The notes: generated from the sequence alone by a model not told the origin. A stretch of 64,000 nucleotides of DNA from Candidatus Latescibacterota bacterium (GCA_965248355.1 OZ252098.1:2688001-2752000), one strand, 5' to 3'; shown: positions 1 through 10,152, counted from the first letter of the stretch. Program-made: numbers and translations.

Positions 1-1852
1 AGCGCAGGTAGAGCAGCTTCCGCGTCTCCGTGACGGTCCCGGTCTCCAGGCGGTAGAGGTAGACGCCGCCGGCGACCGGGCGTCCGCCCTGGTCGCGGCC
101 GTCCCAGGCGGCCTCGCCATAGCCCGCCGGGACCGAGCCGTCGATCAGGGTGCGGACCCTCTGCCCCTGGAGGTTGTAGACGTGCAGGGCCACCCGGGCG
201 GAGCGGGGAGCCTGGAAGGGCAGGACCGTGCTCCCGTTGAAGGGGTTGGGGTAGTTCTGCAGGAGGGTCCAGTCCGAGGGCGCGGAGGCGGGGGCGTGGG
301 CGGTCTCGATTGTGGTGATGATCTCGGGCGGCCCGGAGGTGCGGAGCTGCTCGACGGTGAGCGCGGCCGGTTCGGCGAAGGGCATCGGACCCCCGCCGTC
401 GGCGAAGGGTGTGGAACGGACCTCGCGGCCGTCGGCCAGGGTGACGACCAGCTCCCATTTCTCCAGGGGGGTGTCGGCCGAGCCGGCGCAGTCCCAGCGG
501 GCGTCTGCAGAGCGGATGTTGTCCACCGTGGGCAGGTCGGGGTTGTAGTCGAACATGGGGTCCACGGTCATCTCGTCGGCCGAGAGGGTGGTGTAGAGCC
601 GGGTGAGATAGGGCTTGTCGGCAAAGAGCTGCTCCACCTCTTCGAGGGGCTCGACGACGATGCGTTCCAGGTCGGCGGTGAAGGCTGCGGCGTCGAAGTC
701 GAGATCGGCGGTCCAGCGGTCGTAGGCGCGCATGTTGTTGTAGAAGGATCGCTCGGCGGTATCCTGGAGCCAGCCTTCTTCCTTCGCCTTGTCGTAGGCT
801 TCGCGGTCCCCGCCGAACACGACTTCGAGCACCCCCTCCTCGAGCACCGCGGCCGGCATGGGGATGTGGCGGCGGATCAGGGTCTGCATCTGGGTGTCGC
901 GTGGGAATCCCTGCCCGAGGGCCTCGTCGAGGAAGTCGGCGGGATGCTCCTTGCCGCGCAGTTCCTCCAGATCGAACTCTCCGAAGAAGAAGTCGCCCAC
1001 GATGCTGCTGGGCCCGGCGTAGTCGGTGACGAAGGCCTGGCCGCCCGCTTCATCGGCGGCCTGCGTGACGATGTCCGGGTAGTTGAAGCCGCCGCTCCAC
1101 CAGTCGATCAGGGCCTCGTTGATCTGCACGTGCAGGTAGTTCTCCGGGATGGCGCGCTGGTCGGCCAGAATCCAGGCGAGGATGCCGAGGTCGGGAACGG
1201 TGGCCACGGCGGTGAGGCGGATGGGGATGCCGGGCCTCTCGGCGGCGTAGGTCATGGCGATCGGCTGCAGGTCGCCCACCTCCTGATCGGCGGCGAGCTT
1301 GAGGGCGAGGAAGTAGAAGGCCTCTTCCACGTACGGGGTCAGGAGGGGGACCCCGAGGTCGCCGAGCTGGTAGCCGTTGTCCACGAGCCAGTCGACGATG
1401 GCGTGGGGATCCTCGGAGGTGATGACCGCGATGTCGTAGGGCCCGACCTGTTCCTGGAGGACGACTTCCACCTCCTCGGGGAAGCCGGTGGGGAAGGTGC
1501 AGTTGGGACAGTCATGAGTCCTGAGGACGATCGGGAAGCCGCAGTCGTCATCCTGGAAATTCAGCTGGTAGAAAGGCTGGGTTGCCCACTGCAGCTGGGT
1601 GAAGATGGAGTTGTGGCTCACGGCCAGCTCCGGCACCGAGGGCAGGGGCAGGATCCAGGCGAAGTCCGAGGCCGCGCCGCTGTACAGGAGCTGCACGTGG
1701 GTGGTGACGGTGCCTTCGCCCTGGACGAAGAGGATGTTCTCGGCCACCTGGTTCATGGGGAAGGTGGTGCAGAAGAAACCGCCGCAGGCGCGGGCGGCGG
1801 GGACGCTGAGCAGGAGGGAGAAGAGCGTGGCAAGTGGCAACCTGGCGGTCAT
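1..1852 (-). CDS. Secreted DUF2330-family protein with C-terminal FlgD-Ig / secretion-sorting-like domain (stop codon falls at window edge)
   Basis: Not in the ORF track; translated manually: MTARLPLATLFSLLLSVPAARACGGFFC...DFAWILPLP (DUF2330-like N-terminus) and C-terminal QNYPNPFN...VYNLQGQRVRTL...WDGRD...GVYLYRL...RKLLYLR. Confidence 0.8.
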   Translation of the reverse strand, partial: MTARLPLATLFSLLLSVPAARACGGFFCTTFPMNQVAENILFVQGEGTVTTHVQLLYSGAASDFAWILPLPSVPELAVSHNSIFTQLQWATQPFYQLNFQDDDCGFPIVLRTHDCPNCTFPTGFPEEVEVVLQEQVGPYDIAVITSEDPHAIVDWLVDNGYQLGDLGVPLLTPYVEEAFYFLALKLAADQEVGDLQPIAMTYAAERPGIPIRLTAVATVPDLGILAWILADQRAIPENYLHVQINEALIDWWSGGFNYPDIVTQAADEAGGQAFVTDYAGPSSIVGDFFFGEFDLEELRGKEHPADFLDEALGQGFPRDTQMQTLIRRHIPMPAAVLEEGVLEVVFGGDREAYDKAKEEGWLQDTAERSFYNNMRAYDRWTADLDFDAAAFTADLERIVVEPLEEVEQLFADKPYLTRLYTTLSADEMTVDPMFDYNPDLPTVDNIRSADARWDCAGSADTPLEKWELVVTLADGREVRSTPFADGGGPMPFAEPAALTVEQLRTSGPPEIITTIETAHAPASAPSDWTLLQNYPNPFNGSTVLPFQAPRSARVALHVYNLQGQRVRTLIDGSVPAGYGEAAWDGRDQGGRPVAGGVYLYRLETGTVTETRKLLYLR

Positions 1853-1971
1853 ACACTGCCTCCTTCCTTGTTGAAGAGTAAGGAAGTATAGCCACCGGGC
1901 GGATCTGCTGCCAGGCGACAGGCGGATCCGTCGCCGGGCCGAGAGGGGGCGCCGACCGCGGGGAGGCGCGA

Positions 1972-2922
1972 CTAGCGTGGCTTCACCCCGGAGGTGTCCG
2001 GCGGCGGCGCCCACGATCCCGGAACCTCCAGGCCGGCCACCTTGACGTTGGCCAGGATTGACACGCCGATGCGCCGGTCGCCGGCCGCATACAGCGGCGC
2101 CAGGGTTTCCTCGCTGGCCCCGAGGAGGGCGGCGGCGGCGCGGTCCACGGCGATAGCGTCGGCACTGGCCAGCACCAGGCGGCCCTCGCCGGCCTCGTCT
2201 CCCGTCATGTCGAGCAGGGTGTAGTCCACCTCCGCCAGCAGGGCCAGGTCGACGGGGCCGGGGACCGGCCCGCCGGAGCCGGGGCCCGCCAGCCCCCGGA
2301 GGTTGTCGAGGCCGGCCAGGGGACCCCCCGCCCGGGAGACGTTGACGAGGGCGTCGCACTCCAGCAGGCTGACCGGCACCGCGTAGGGACCGCCGCCGCC
2401 GGGTACCTCCGTCTCCTCCAGCTCTTCCTCTCGCAGGACGAGTATTTCCAGGCCGACCCCGGCCAGCTCCGGGTCCCCGAGCAGGGCCGCCAGGGCCTTC
2501 GACAGGCCTTCGGGAGGCTCGGCCGACGTGCCCGGGACGCCGCCCACCAACAGGCCGATCCCGGCCTCGGGGGCGGTCCGGGCCAGCTCCTTCACCACGG
2601 CGGCGATCACGCGCACGTGGCGGCCCAGCGCCCCGTCGTCCATGGGCCCGTGGGCAGGGCGCACCAGGATCCGCTCCGAGGACGGGTCGATGGCCTTGTG
2701 GAGGCCTCCGGAGAGGTAGATGGCTCCGCGCACGAGGTCGGCTTCCGTGGCGGATTCCGGTGCGCCGGGTCCCGACGGCGAGGCGGCGCCGACGACGGCC
2801 ACGTGGCCGGGGGTGGCGGCCGAGAGGGCGTCAGGCCCCCCGGGACCGGGCGGCCAGAGGCCCGGCAGGCCTGGCGCCAGAATCGCGGCGAGGACGAGGA
2901 TCAGGCGGCCCTTCGGAGTCAA
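1972..2922 (-). CDS. Hypothetical protein, weak DUF362-like similarity
   Basis: 3' part of ORF 1972..3855; TTG start overlaps the glcF stop; N-terminal hydrophobic segment; 'LLECDALVNV', 'VLASADAIAVD'. Confidence 0.5.
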   Translation of the reverse strand: MTPKGRLILVLAAILAPGLPGLWPPGPGGPDALSAATPGHVAVVGAASPSGPGAPESATEADLVRGAIYLSGGLHKAIDPSSERILVRPAHGPMDDGALGRHVRVIAAVVKELARTAPEAGIGLLVGGVPGTSAEPPEGLSKALAALLGDPELAGVGLEILVLREEELEETEVPGGGGPYAVPVSLLECDALVNVSRAGGPLAGLDNLRGLAGPGSGGPVPGPVDLALLAEVDYTLLDMTGDEAGEGRLVLASADAIAVDRAAAALLGASEETLAPLYAAGDRRIGVSILANVKVAGLEVPGSWAPPPDTSGVKPR

Positions 2923-4217
2923 GCGGGACCGGTCTTCTCCAGGGCCGCGGGGCGGGGTCCGCCCGTGGCCCAGTCGAGCAGCTCCACGGTATGGACAACC
3001 GGGCTGTCGACGGCGGCCCCGATCTGCTCCAGGCAGCCGATGTTGCCGGCCGCCACCGCATCCGGCGCGAGGCTGCGGATGTGGTCGGCCTTGCGCTGCT
3101 GCAGGGGCTGGGCCATGTGCGGCCGCAGCAGGTTGTAGGTGCCGGCGCTGCCGCAGCAGATGTGGCCTTCGGGGATCTCGAGCACCTGGAAGCCCGCCTC
3201 GCTCAGCAGCTGCCTTGGTTCGTCGCGGACCTTCAGTCCGTGCTGCAGGGAGCAGGCGTCGTGATAGGCCAGCCGCAGGGGCGGGACCTCGGCCGTCTCG
3301 CCGAGACCGAGGCCGGCGACGACCTCGGTGATGTCCCGGGTCGCCTGGGCCACGCGTGCCGCGTCCCCGGCGCGTTCGGGATCCTCGGCGAAGAAATGGC
3401 CGTACTCGCGCACGGCCGTGGCGCATCCCGATGTGGTGAGCACCACCGCATCGACTCCGTCGGCGAGCAGCCGGCTCCACACGTCGATGTTGTTCGCCAT
3501 CATCCGCAGGCTCTGCCGGCGCTCCCCCATGTGATAGGTGAGGGCGCCGCAGCACCCGGCCTCCTGGGGGATCACCACCTCGACGCCGAGCCGCGTCAGC
3601 AGGCGCACGGCGGCGTCGTTGATGTCGGGTCCGAGTACCGACTGGGCGCAGCCCGTGAGCAGGGCCGCGCGTAGTCGCCCCGGCCCCTGGGCGGCATGCA
3701 CGCCAGGGGTGGCGAGCCCCGCCGGCGCCGGCAGCCGCCGCGGTGTCATGGCTGCCAGATGGCGCAGCCGCCGGGGCAGCAGGCCCGCCAGGGGGCGCGT
3801 CCATCCGGCCAGGGTCAGGGCGCGGCGGAAGCGGCGGGGATGGGGCAGCATCCACGCGAGCAGGCCGCGCTGCAGGCGGTCGACCAGCCCTCGCCGGCGC
3901 AGCTTCTCGATGCGGGGACGGCCGTCGTCGAGCAGCCTCGAGTAGAGGACCCCGCTGGGGCAGGTCGTCTCGCAGGCGAGGCAGCCGAGGCAGTTGTCGA
4001 TGTGGTCGAGAGTCGCCGCCGAGGGAGTCACCCGCCCCTCGAGGACGCTCTTCATCAGGTAGATCCGTCCCCGCGGTCCTTCCAGCTCGTTACCGGTGAG
4101 CAGGTAGGTGGGACAGGTGGCGTTGCAGAACCCGCAGTGCACGCAGGTGCGCAGGGCGGCCTCCGCGTCACGCACGGAGGCCTCGGACCGGAGATCCTCG
4201 GGGATGTCGGTACGCAC
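2919..4217 (-). CDS. glcF: Glycolate oxidase iron-sulfur subunit
   Basis: CVHCGFCNATCPTY...GPRGRIYLMK, CLGCLACETTCPSGV, CCG domains (GCCGAL, YHDACSLQH, CCGSAGTYN); GTG start inferred. Confidence 0.9.
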   Translation of the reverse strand: MRTDIPEDLRSEASVRDAEAALRTCVHCGFCNATCPTYLLTGNELEGPRGRIYLMKSVLEGRVTPSAATLDHIDNCLGCLACETTCPSGVLYSRLLDDGRPRIEKLRRRGLVDRLQRGLLAWMLPHPRRFRRALTLAGWTRPLAGLLPRRLRHLAAMTPRRLPAPAGLATPGVHAAQGPGRLRAALLTGCAQSVLGPDINDAAVRLLTRLGVEVVIPQEAGCCGALTYHMGERRQSLRMMANNIDVWSRLLADGVDAVVLTTSGCATAVREYGHFFAEDPERAGDAARVAQATRDITEVVAGLGLGETAEVPPLRLAYHDACSLQHGLKVRDEPRQLLSEAGFQVLEIPEGHICCGSAGTYNLLRPHMAQPLQQRKADHIRSLAPDAVAAGNIGCLEQIGAAVDSPVVHTVELLDWATGGPRPAALEKTGPA

Positions 4218-4310
4218 GATCGGCTCGGCGGGGGTCCTGGAGGGCAGGAAAGTTGAGCGCGCGGGTGATGTTGTGGAAGTTACGGCGCCCGGAGAGACCG
4301 GCAAAGAGAG

Positions 4311-5423
4311 ATGAGAATCGTCGACGGCGTCCGACTCGCCCCTTACACCAGCCTCGGCCTCGGCGGCATGGCCCGCCACCTCGCCCATTGCACGAGCGAG
4401 GAGGATGTCCGCGAGGCCCTGTGCTGGGGGCGGTCCCGGGGCCTGCCGGTCCACGTGCTGGGCGGTGGCAGCAACACCGTCTTCGACGACGCCGGGTACG
4501 ATGGCCTGGTGCTGCGGGTAGAGCTCCTCGGCGTGCGCATCGAGGCCAACGGCGGCGGCGCCTCCGTGTCGGCCGCCGCGGGGGAGGACTGGGACGGCCT
4601 CGTGCGCTGCTGCATCGAGGCGGACCTGTCCGGCGTCGAGTGCCTGTCCGGCATCCCCGGCCAGGTGGGCGCTACGCCCATGCAGAACGTGGGCGCCTAC
4701 GGACAGGAGGTCTGCCACACCATCGTCGCGGTGCGAGCCATCGAGCGCGCCTCCGGCGAGGCGCGGACCTTCGCCAACGAGGAGTGCGGCTTCGGCTATC
4801 GCACCAGCCGCTTCAAGACCGGCGACCGCGACCGCTACATCATCACCCAGGTCACCTACCGGCTTCCTCGCAGCCGCCGCCCCGAGATCCGCTATCCCGA
4901 GCTGCAGCGCCGCCTGGAGACGGACGGCGTGGACCTGGAGAGCCTGCCCGCGGGAGCGCCGGCGTCGGCGGCCGTGCGCGAGGCCGTCCTGCACCTGCGG
5001 CGCGGCAAGGCGATGCTCCTCGACGGCGGTCCCAACGCCCGCTCGGCCGGGTCGTTCTTCCTGAACCCCGTGCTCACCGGGGAGCAGCTGGCCGCGGTGC
5101 GTGAGCGCTGGCGCCAGCGGGGCGGGTCTCCGGCCGGGATCCCGGTGTACGCCGCCGGAGACGGTCTCCACAAGGTGGCCGCCGCCTGGCTCGTGGAGGG
5201 CGCCGGGTTCGCCAGGGGCACCCGGCGCGGCGGAGCCGCCATCTCCGAGCGCCACGCCCTGGCCCTGGTCAACCGGGGCGGCAGCAGCGCGGACCTGCTC
5301 GCTCTCGCCGGGGAGGTCGCCGCCAGCGTGCGCGAGACCTTCGGCGTGTCCCTGGAGCCCGAGCCGGTGTACGTGCCGCCCCATCCAGGCCCCTGCGGCG
5401 AGCCCGCAAAGGAGAGCGGCTGA
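4311..5423 (+). CDS. murB: UDP-N-acetylenolpyruvoylglucosamine reductase
   Basis: GGGSN, GIPGQVGATPMQNVGAYG, FGYRTSRFK, SAGSFFLNP, HALALVN, LEPEP. Confidence 0.95.
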   Translation: MRIVDGVRLAPYTSLGLGGMARHLAHCTSEEDVREALCWGRSRGLPVHVLGGGSNTVFDDAGYDGLVLRVELLGVRIEANGGGASVSAAAGEDWDGLVRCCIEADLSGVECLSGIPGQVGATPMQNVGAYGQEVCHTIVAVRAIERASGEARTFANEECGFGYRTSRFKTGDRDRYIITQVTYRLPRSRRPEIRYPELQRRLETDGVDLESLPAGAPASAAVREAVLHLRRGKAMLLDGGPNARSAGSFFLNPVLTGEQLAAVRERWRQRGGSPAGIPVYAAGDGLHKVAAAWLVEGAGFARGTRRGGAAISERHALALVNRGGSSADLLALAGEVAASVRETFGVSLEPEPVYVPPHPGPCGEPAKESG

Positions 5424-6136
5424 TGTCGACCATCCTCGTCCTGCAGCACCACCCCGTGGAGAACCTCGGCATCATCGAGCAGGCCCTGGGGGCCCGCGGG
5501 TTGAAGTCCGAGTATGTCCATTCCTACGCCGGACAGCCGGTGCCCGGGAGCATGGAGGGCTACGGCGGCCTGGTGCTCATGGGCGGTCCCATGGGGGTGT
5601 ACGAGAACGACCGCTATCCGTGGCTGAACGACGAGATGCGCCTGGCCGGCCGGGCCCTGGAGGCCGAGGTGCCGGTCCTGGGCGTCTGCCTGGGCAGCCA
5701 GCTGCTGGCCGCTGTGCTCGGGTCCCACGTGCGCAAGGGCGAGGCCCCGGAGATCGGCTGGCACGAGGTCCGCCTGAGCGGGATCGCCGCCGGCGATCCC
5801 TTGTGGAAGGAGGCGGCGTCAGCGGGCGGCCGGTTCCGGGCCTTCCACTGGCACGGCGACATCTTCGATCTGCCCCGGGGCGCCGGGGCCCTGGCCTCGT
5901 CGGTGCAGACCGCGTGTCAGGCTTTCGTCTACGGCCCCAACGCCTACGGCCTGCTCTTCCACATGGAGGTGACGGAGCAGAGCGCCGGCGACATGATCAC
6001 CGCCTTCGACGACGAGGTCCTCGAGGCCGGCCTCGAGGGCGGCGACCTGCGGCAGGAGACATCGGTTCGGCTGCCGGACCTCCATCGCGTCGGCGAGCCG
6101 GTCTACCGGAACTGGGCCGGACTGGCCGTGCCTTAG
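5423..6136 (+). CDS. Type 1 glutamine amidotransferase (GMP-synthase-like)
   Basis: GGPMGVY, LGVCLGSQLLA, EIGW, FHWHGD, FHME. Confidence 0.85.
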   Translation: MSTILVLQHHPVENLGIIEQALGARGLKSEYVHSYAGQPVPGSMEGYGGLVLMGGPMGVYENDRYPWLNDEMRLAGRALEAEVPVLGVCLGSQLLAAVLGSHVRKGEAPEIGWHEVRLSGIAAGDPLWKEAASAGGRFRAFHWHGDIFDLPRGAGALASSVQTACQAFVYGPNAYGLLFHMEVTEQSAGDMITAFDDEVLEAGLEGGDLRQETSVRLPDLHRVGEPVYRNWAGLAVP

Positions 6137-6150
6137 GCGGGTGGCCCGCC

Positions 6151-6783
6151 ATGCCGAGGCGCCGGCTGCGCTGCTGGTGGGCGTGTCTGCCCCTGCTGGC
6201 CCTGTTCCTGCCGGCGGCGGCCCGCAACCTGGCCGTGGACGCCCTCACCCGCGCCACCAGCTGGAACGAGCACGAGGGGGACCCCGCCTGGCTCACCGAT
6301 GGCCTCGTCCCGCCCGAGGCCGGGGCGCGGCCCTTCTCCTGGAAGACCAAGGGCATCCTGGTCTTCGCCTGGGGCGAGGTGGTCGAGGTCGAGGACGTCC
6401 GCATCCGTGTCGGCTCCATCGCCAACGACTACCAGGTCCGCACCTTCGTGGGCGGCCATCTCCAGGACGAGGGCGCCGTGCGCGATCCCCCGGGCGATCA
6501 GACGGCCCGCGTCGAGGACTTCTCCCGCGCCCTGGACGACTGGGTCGAGATCGAGCTGCCCCCGGGGACGCGGGCCGACAACCTGGAGTTGCGCACCCTC
6601 GGGCCGGCCCACTTCTTCGAGGTCGAGATCCTGGCCGCCGCCGCCACGCCGGTTCGCGGCAGGACGTGGGCGGCGGTCAAGCAGGAGGCAGGGGGCCCCG
6701 CCGTCCTCCATCCCACCGGTCTACCGCCGGGACGCACGGAAGCCTCGCCTGGTGGGCCACAGACGCAGAGGAGTCAACCGTGA
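6151..6783 (+). CDS. Secreted hypothetical protein with 'TWxxVK' motif near C-terminus
   Basis: 3' part of ORF 5101..6783; signal-peptide-like N-terminus; TPVRGRTWAAVK. Confidence 0.6.
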   Translation: MPRRRLRCWWACLPLLALFLPAAARNLAVDALTRATSWNEHEGDPAWLTDGLVPPEAGARPFSWKTKGILVFAWGEVVEVEDVRIRVGSIANDYQVRTFVGGHLQDEGAVRDPPGDQTARVEDFSRALDDWVEIELPPGTRADNLELRTLGPAHFFEVEILAAAATPVRGRTWAAVKQEAGGPAVLHPTGLPPGRTEASPGGPQTQRSQP

Positions 6784-7706
6784 TCGACAGGAAGGTCCTG
6801 GGCGCCTACGCCGCCGTGGGCGGCCTCTCGCCGGAGGAGCAGGCCGGCTGGTACCGACGCGCGGCCACCGACTGGAACCTGAGTTGTTTCGAGATCCCGC
6901 TGATGGCCGGGGTGCCGCTGAGCGAGCCGCTGCAGGCCGCTCTCGCCGAGCAGTCGGCCTCGCTCGTGGTGACCCTCGTGGCCCAATGGGCGGTGAAGGG
7001 GCAGTCCAACGTGGCCTACGGCCTCGGCTCCACCGAGGAGCAGGCCCGGCGCGAAGCCGTCCTCGACGTGCAGTCGGCGATCCAGCAGTGCCTGCGCCTG
7101 AGCCGGGAGGGGATCGAGATCGCCGCGCTGGAGGTCCACGTGGGCCAGCGGACCGGCGGTCCCATGGCCCATGCCGTGGCCCTGTACCGGAGCCTGCTCG
7201 AGCTGCGCGGCGCCCTGGCCGCGGTCCTGCCCGACTGCCGCCTCGCGGTGGAGATCACGGACAGTCTCGCCGCCGATCACGCCATCCCCTTTCCCGGCGC
7301 CAAGAAGGCCTCCCTGACCACCGCCGAGCTGCTCGACGCCGTGGCCGCGGCCAACGCCCCCGGGGGGCCGCCGATCTCGGCGGTGATCAACTGGGGCCGC
7401 CTGCTGATCAACGGCGACCGCCCCCTGGACGTGGTGGAGGAGGTCCTCGCCTCGCCCGTGCCCCTGGCCGGCGTGATCCTGTCCGGGGCGGCGGCCACGC
7501 CCGACGGCTTCGCCGATGCCCACAACTCGCACCTCGACCCCGCCTGCGGCTTCTCCCTGGCGGACGGAGAAGCCTGCGCCGGGCGGCTGAGCGAGTCGTC
7601 GCAGCCCAGCTTCCTGGGGATGAAGTGCAGCCTGAAGAAGGGGGACGGCGAGCTCGAGGCGGCCGAGGTGCTGCAGGCCCAGGCGGATTTCCTGAACCGC
7701 GTGTAG
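6780..7706 (+). CDS. DUF4862-like TIM-barrel protein
   Basis: GTG overlapping upstream stop; 'LGAYAA', 'INWGR', 'GVILSG', 'FADAH'. Confidence 0.6.
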   Translation: MIDRKVLGAYAAVGGLSPEEQAGWYRRAATDWNLSCFEIPLMAGVPLSEPLQAALAEQSASLVVTLVAQWAVKGQSNVAYGLGSTEEQARREAVLDVQSAIQQCLRLSREGIEIAALEVHVGQRTGGPMAHAVALYRSLLELRGALAAVLPDCRLAVEITDSLAADHAIPFPGAKKASLTTAELLDAVAAANAPGGPPISAVINWGRLLINGDRPLDVVEEVLASPVPLAGVILSGAAATPDGFADAHNSHLDPACGFSLADGEACAGRLSESSQPSFLGMKCSLKKGDGELEAAEVLQAQADFLNRV

Positions 7707-7712
7707 AGCGGC

Positions 7713-8070
7713 ATGAAAATGGGCTACACCACCTGGGGCCTGCCGCGGATGCCCATCGACGAGGCCCTGCGGCACCTGGCGCGGCTCGGTTTCGACGGCG
7801 TCGAGATCGCCGTGATCCGGGGCTTCACCACCGAGCTGGACACCCTCGACACCGCCGAGCGGCGGCGCATCCGGCATCTCCTGGACGAGCACGGTCTCGA
7901 GCTGACCGCCGTGGGCGGCCACGCCTCGCTGCTGAGCCGGGGGGCCGGCGCCCACGCCGAGAACTGGGGCGGCTGACGGGCGCCGTCGACCTCTGCGTCG
8001 ACTGGGCCGGCCCCCAGGGCCCCCCGGTGCTCGACACCGTCCTCGGCAGCTCGCCGGAGACCTGGGACGG
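7713..8070 (+). pseudogene. Sugar-phosphate isomerase/epimerase (xylose-isomerase-like TIM barrel), frameshifted and truncated
   Basis: MKMGYTTWGLPRMPIDEALRHLARLGFDGVEI; plausible continuation (RLTGAVDLCVDWAG...) in another frame after the G-run near 7966; family-like sequence fades after about 8070. Confidence 0.6.
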
Positions 8071-8164
8071 CGGCTCCACCGCCCGCAGCGTGGAGTTGCT
8101 GGCGCCCTTGGCGGCGCAGCCCCTGTGGAACCTCCGCCGGTGTAACCCTCTCCCCGCCAGGGTC

Positions 8165-8336
8165 ACCTCGCCGCCAGCGGCGCCTGAAGACGGCGCCTCC
8201 GCGGTCGAGTCCGAGACGCCGAGCGCCTTCGCGGCAGGCGGGACCCCTCGGCCCGGCGGCGCCGAACGCTCTTTGGGCTGGGCCTACCTCGCCGCCGCCG
8301 GGCGCCTGAAGACGGGCGCCTCCGGGGTCGAGTCCG
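8165..8336. repeat. Degenerate direct repeat (about 50 bp) duplicating the yaaA 3' end
   Basis: 8165-8213 acctcgccgccagcggcgcctgaagacggcgcctccgcggtcgagtccg vs 8286-8336 acctcgccgccgccgggcgcctgaagacgggcgcctccggggtcgagtccg. Confidence 0.8.
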
Positions 8337-9147
8337 GGGCGCTGAAGCGGTAGCCGCCGCCGGCGAAGTCCGGCAACTCGCCCGGATCCCTCACGTCGTT
8401 GTCGACCAGCCACCGGGCCATCAGTCCGCGGGCGTGCTTGGCGAACATGCCGAGCACCTTGAACCGCCCCCCCGACTCGTCCTGGAAGACGGGGTGCACC
8501 ACCGGACAGGGCAACTCCTTCTCGCGCACCGACCGGTAGTACTCCTTGCTGGCCAGGTTGCATATCCAGGCCGGATCCTCCTCGGCCAGCCCCTCGGTGA
8601 TGGCGCTGCCCCAGAACTGGTACAGATCCCGGCCCCTGGGCGTCCCGAGCTTGGTGCCCATCTCCAGCCGGTAGGGCAGCATCAGGTCGAGGGGCCTGAG
8701 GAACCCGTAGAGGCCCGACAGGATGCGGATGCGGCGCTCGGCGCGGTCGATCCCCCGGCCCTTCAGGGAAGAGGCGTCGAAGCCCTGGTACACGTCTCCG
8801 GTGAAGGCCCACAGGGCCTGCTTGGCCGGTGGCGGAGAAGCCGCCCGGCCGCGGGCTCCGGCCTTTGCCGACTCCTTCGCCTGCCTGCGGAGGAGGGATG
8901 GATCGAAGCTCTGATAGCGCCGGAAGTTGAGCTCCGCCAGCCTCTCGCTCAGACCCATCAGTCCGGCGAGCTCCACGGCGGACTTCTCCTTCAGCAGGCC
9001 CGCCAGCTCGGAGGTCTGGGCCCCCAGAAACGGCGGGACCCCCGCCCTGGCGGTAGGGGGCGGCGTCTCGAAATCGAGCGACTTGGCCGGGGACAGCAGG
9101 ATCAGGGGCGGTTTCCCGGACTTCCGGGGGGATTTCGTGTCGGCCAT
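8284..9147 (-). CDS. yaaA: Peroxide stress protein YaaA (UPF0246)
   Basis: LLSPAKSLDF, FTGDVYQG, ILSGLYGFLRPLD..PYRLEMG, NLASKEY, KHARGLMAR. Confidence 0.95.
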   Translation of the reverse strand: MADTKSPRKSGKPPLILLSPAKSLDFETPPPTARAGVPPFLGAQTSELAGLLKEKSAVELAGLMGLSERLAELNFRRYQSFDPSLLRRQAKESAKAGARGRAASPPPAKQALWAFTGDVYQGFDASSLKGRGIDRAERRIRILSGLYGFLRPLDLMLPYRLEMGTKLGTPRGRDLYQFWGSAITEGLAEEDPAWICNLASKEYYRSVREKELPCPVVHPVFQDESGGRFKVLGMFAKHARGLMARWLVDNDVRDPGELPDFAGGGYRFSAPDSTPEAPVFRRPAAAR

Positions 9148-9422
9148 CGTTGTTCTCCGGATGGAGGGTCGGCCTCTCGGGCGTCTGAATGGTGCACGGC
9201 GGAGGCTGCGGTCCGGTGCCGCCGACGCCCTCGTGCGAATCTCAGCGGATGCTTCCGGTCTCGCAAATGGCGACCGGGTGCTGGCCGAAGCCCCTGCAAT
9301 CCCAACCTGCAGGTTCGGGCCCTGGTCTGGGGCCGCGTTTGAGGCCGGCCGGGCGCCAGGCTCGCCAAAGGCCGGGGGGGAGGATCAGCCCTGTCCCGGG
9401 TGGCCCGCCGGTGGTGGGAACC

Positions 9423-10004
9423 TCAGGGGCCGGCTTCGAGGACGCCGACATGGGGCAGACCCCGGTAGCGCTGGTCGAGGTCCAGACCGTAGCCGACGAC
9501 GAAGACATCCTCCACCTCGAATCCGCGGTAGTCGATCGGCACCGGGACCCTGCGCCGGCTCGGCTTGTCCAGCAGGGTGCAGACCCGAAGCCGGGAGGGG
9601 CCCTCTTGCCGCAGGTGACGCAGCACCGCCCGCATCGTCCGGCCCGTGTCGACGATGCCGTCGACCACGAGCACCGCGCGTCCCTCGAGGTCGACGACGA
9701 GGTCGCCGGCCAGACGCACATCGCCGGCAGACCGTGATCCCGCGTAAGAGGTGGCGTCGAGGAAGTCGAAGGCGAGGTCGGCGCGCCAGGAGGCCGGCAG
9801 GGCGCGGAGCAGGTCCATCATGAAGGGCACGGCCCCGTTGCGGATCCCCACGATGACAGGCGGCGTGTCGCCGTGGTCGGCGGCGATCTCCCCGGCCAGC
9901 GCGGCGACCCTTCGGCGGATGGCGTTCTCGTCGAAGAGAACCCGGATGGCCGCGGCCGAGTCCGACGACCACTCGTCCTTCTTGACTACCCAGTTGGGAT
10001 CCAT
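9423..10004 (-). CDS. hpt: Hypoxanthine phosphoribosyltransferase
   Basis: VLVVDGIVDTGRT PRPP loop, TLLDKPSRR, FVVGYGLD; start codon uncertain. Confidence 0.9.
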   Translation of the reverse strand: MDPNWVVKKDEWSSDSAAAIRVLFDENAIRRRVAALAGEIAADHGDTPPVIVGIRNGAVPFMMDLLRALPASWRADLAFDFLDATSYAGSRSAGDVRLAGDLVVDLEGRAVLVVDGIVDTGRTMRAVLRHLRQEGPSRLRVCTLLDKPSRRRVPVPIDYRGFEVEDVFVVGYGLDLDQRYRGLPHVGVLEAGP

Positions 10005-10021
10005 GACCCTGCGAAATGTAA

Positions 10022-10058
10022 CGAGAGGGGCTGTCGAGGCGAGTGACAGCCCCTCTCG
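10022..10058 (-). terminator. Perfect 14-bp stem hairpin downstream of recA, possible terminator
   Basis: cgagaggggctgtc-N9-gacagcccctctcg, followed on the minus strand by TTACATTT. Confidence 0.55.
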
Positions 10059-10152
10059 CAGGGGAGGGTCGGAGCCGGGGAGCGGGGAGTCCTGTTGGAG
10101 ACCGCCGCGGGGGGCCGGCGGGTCTTCCGCAGGCAACGCGTTGGAGGAAAGG

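Noticed and set aside
182..1891. 569-aa plus-strand ORF
   Set aside because: Antisense shadow of the minus-strand DUF2330-like gene, which has clear motifs.
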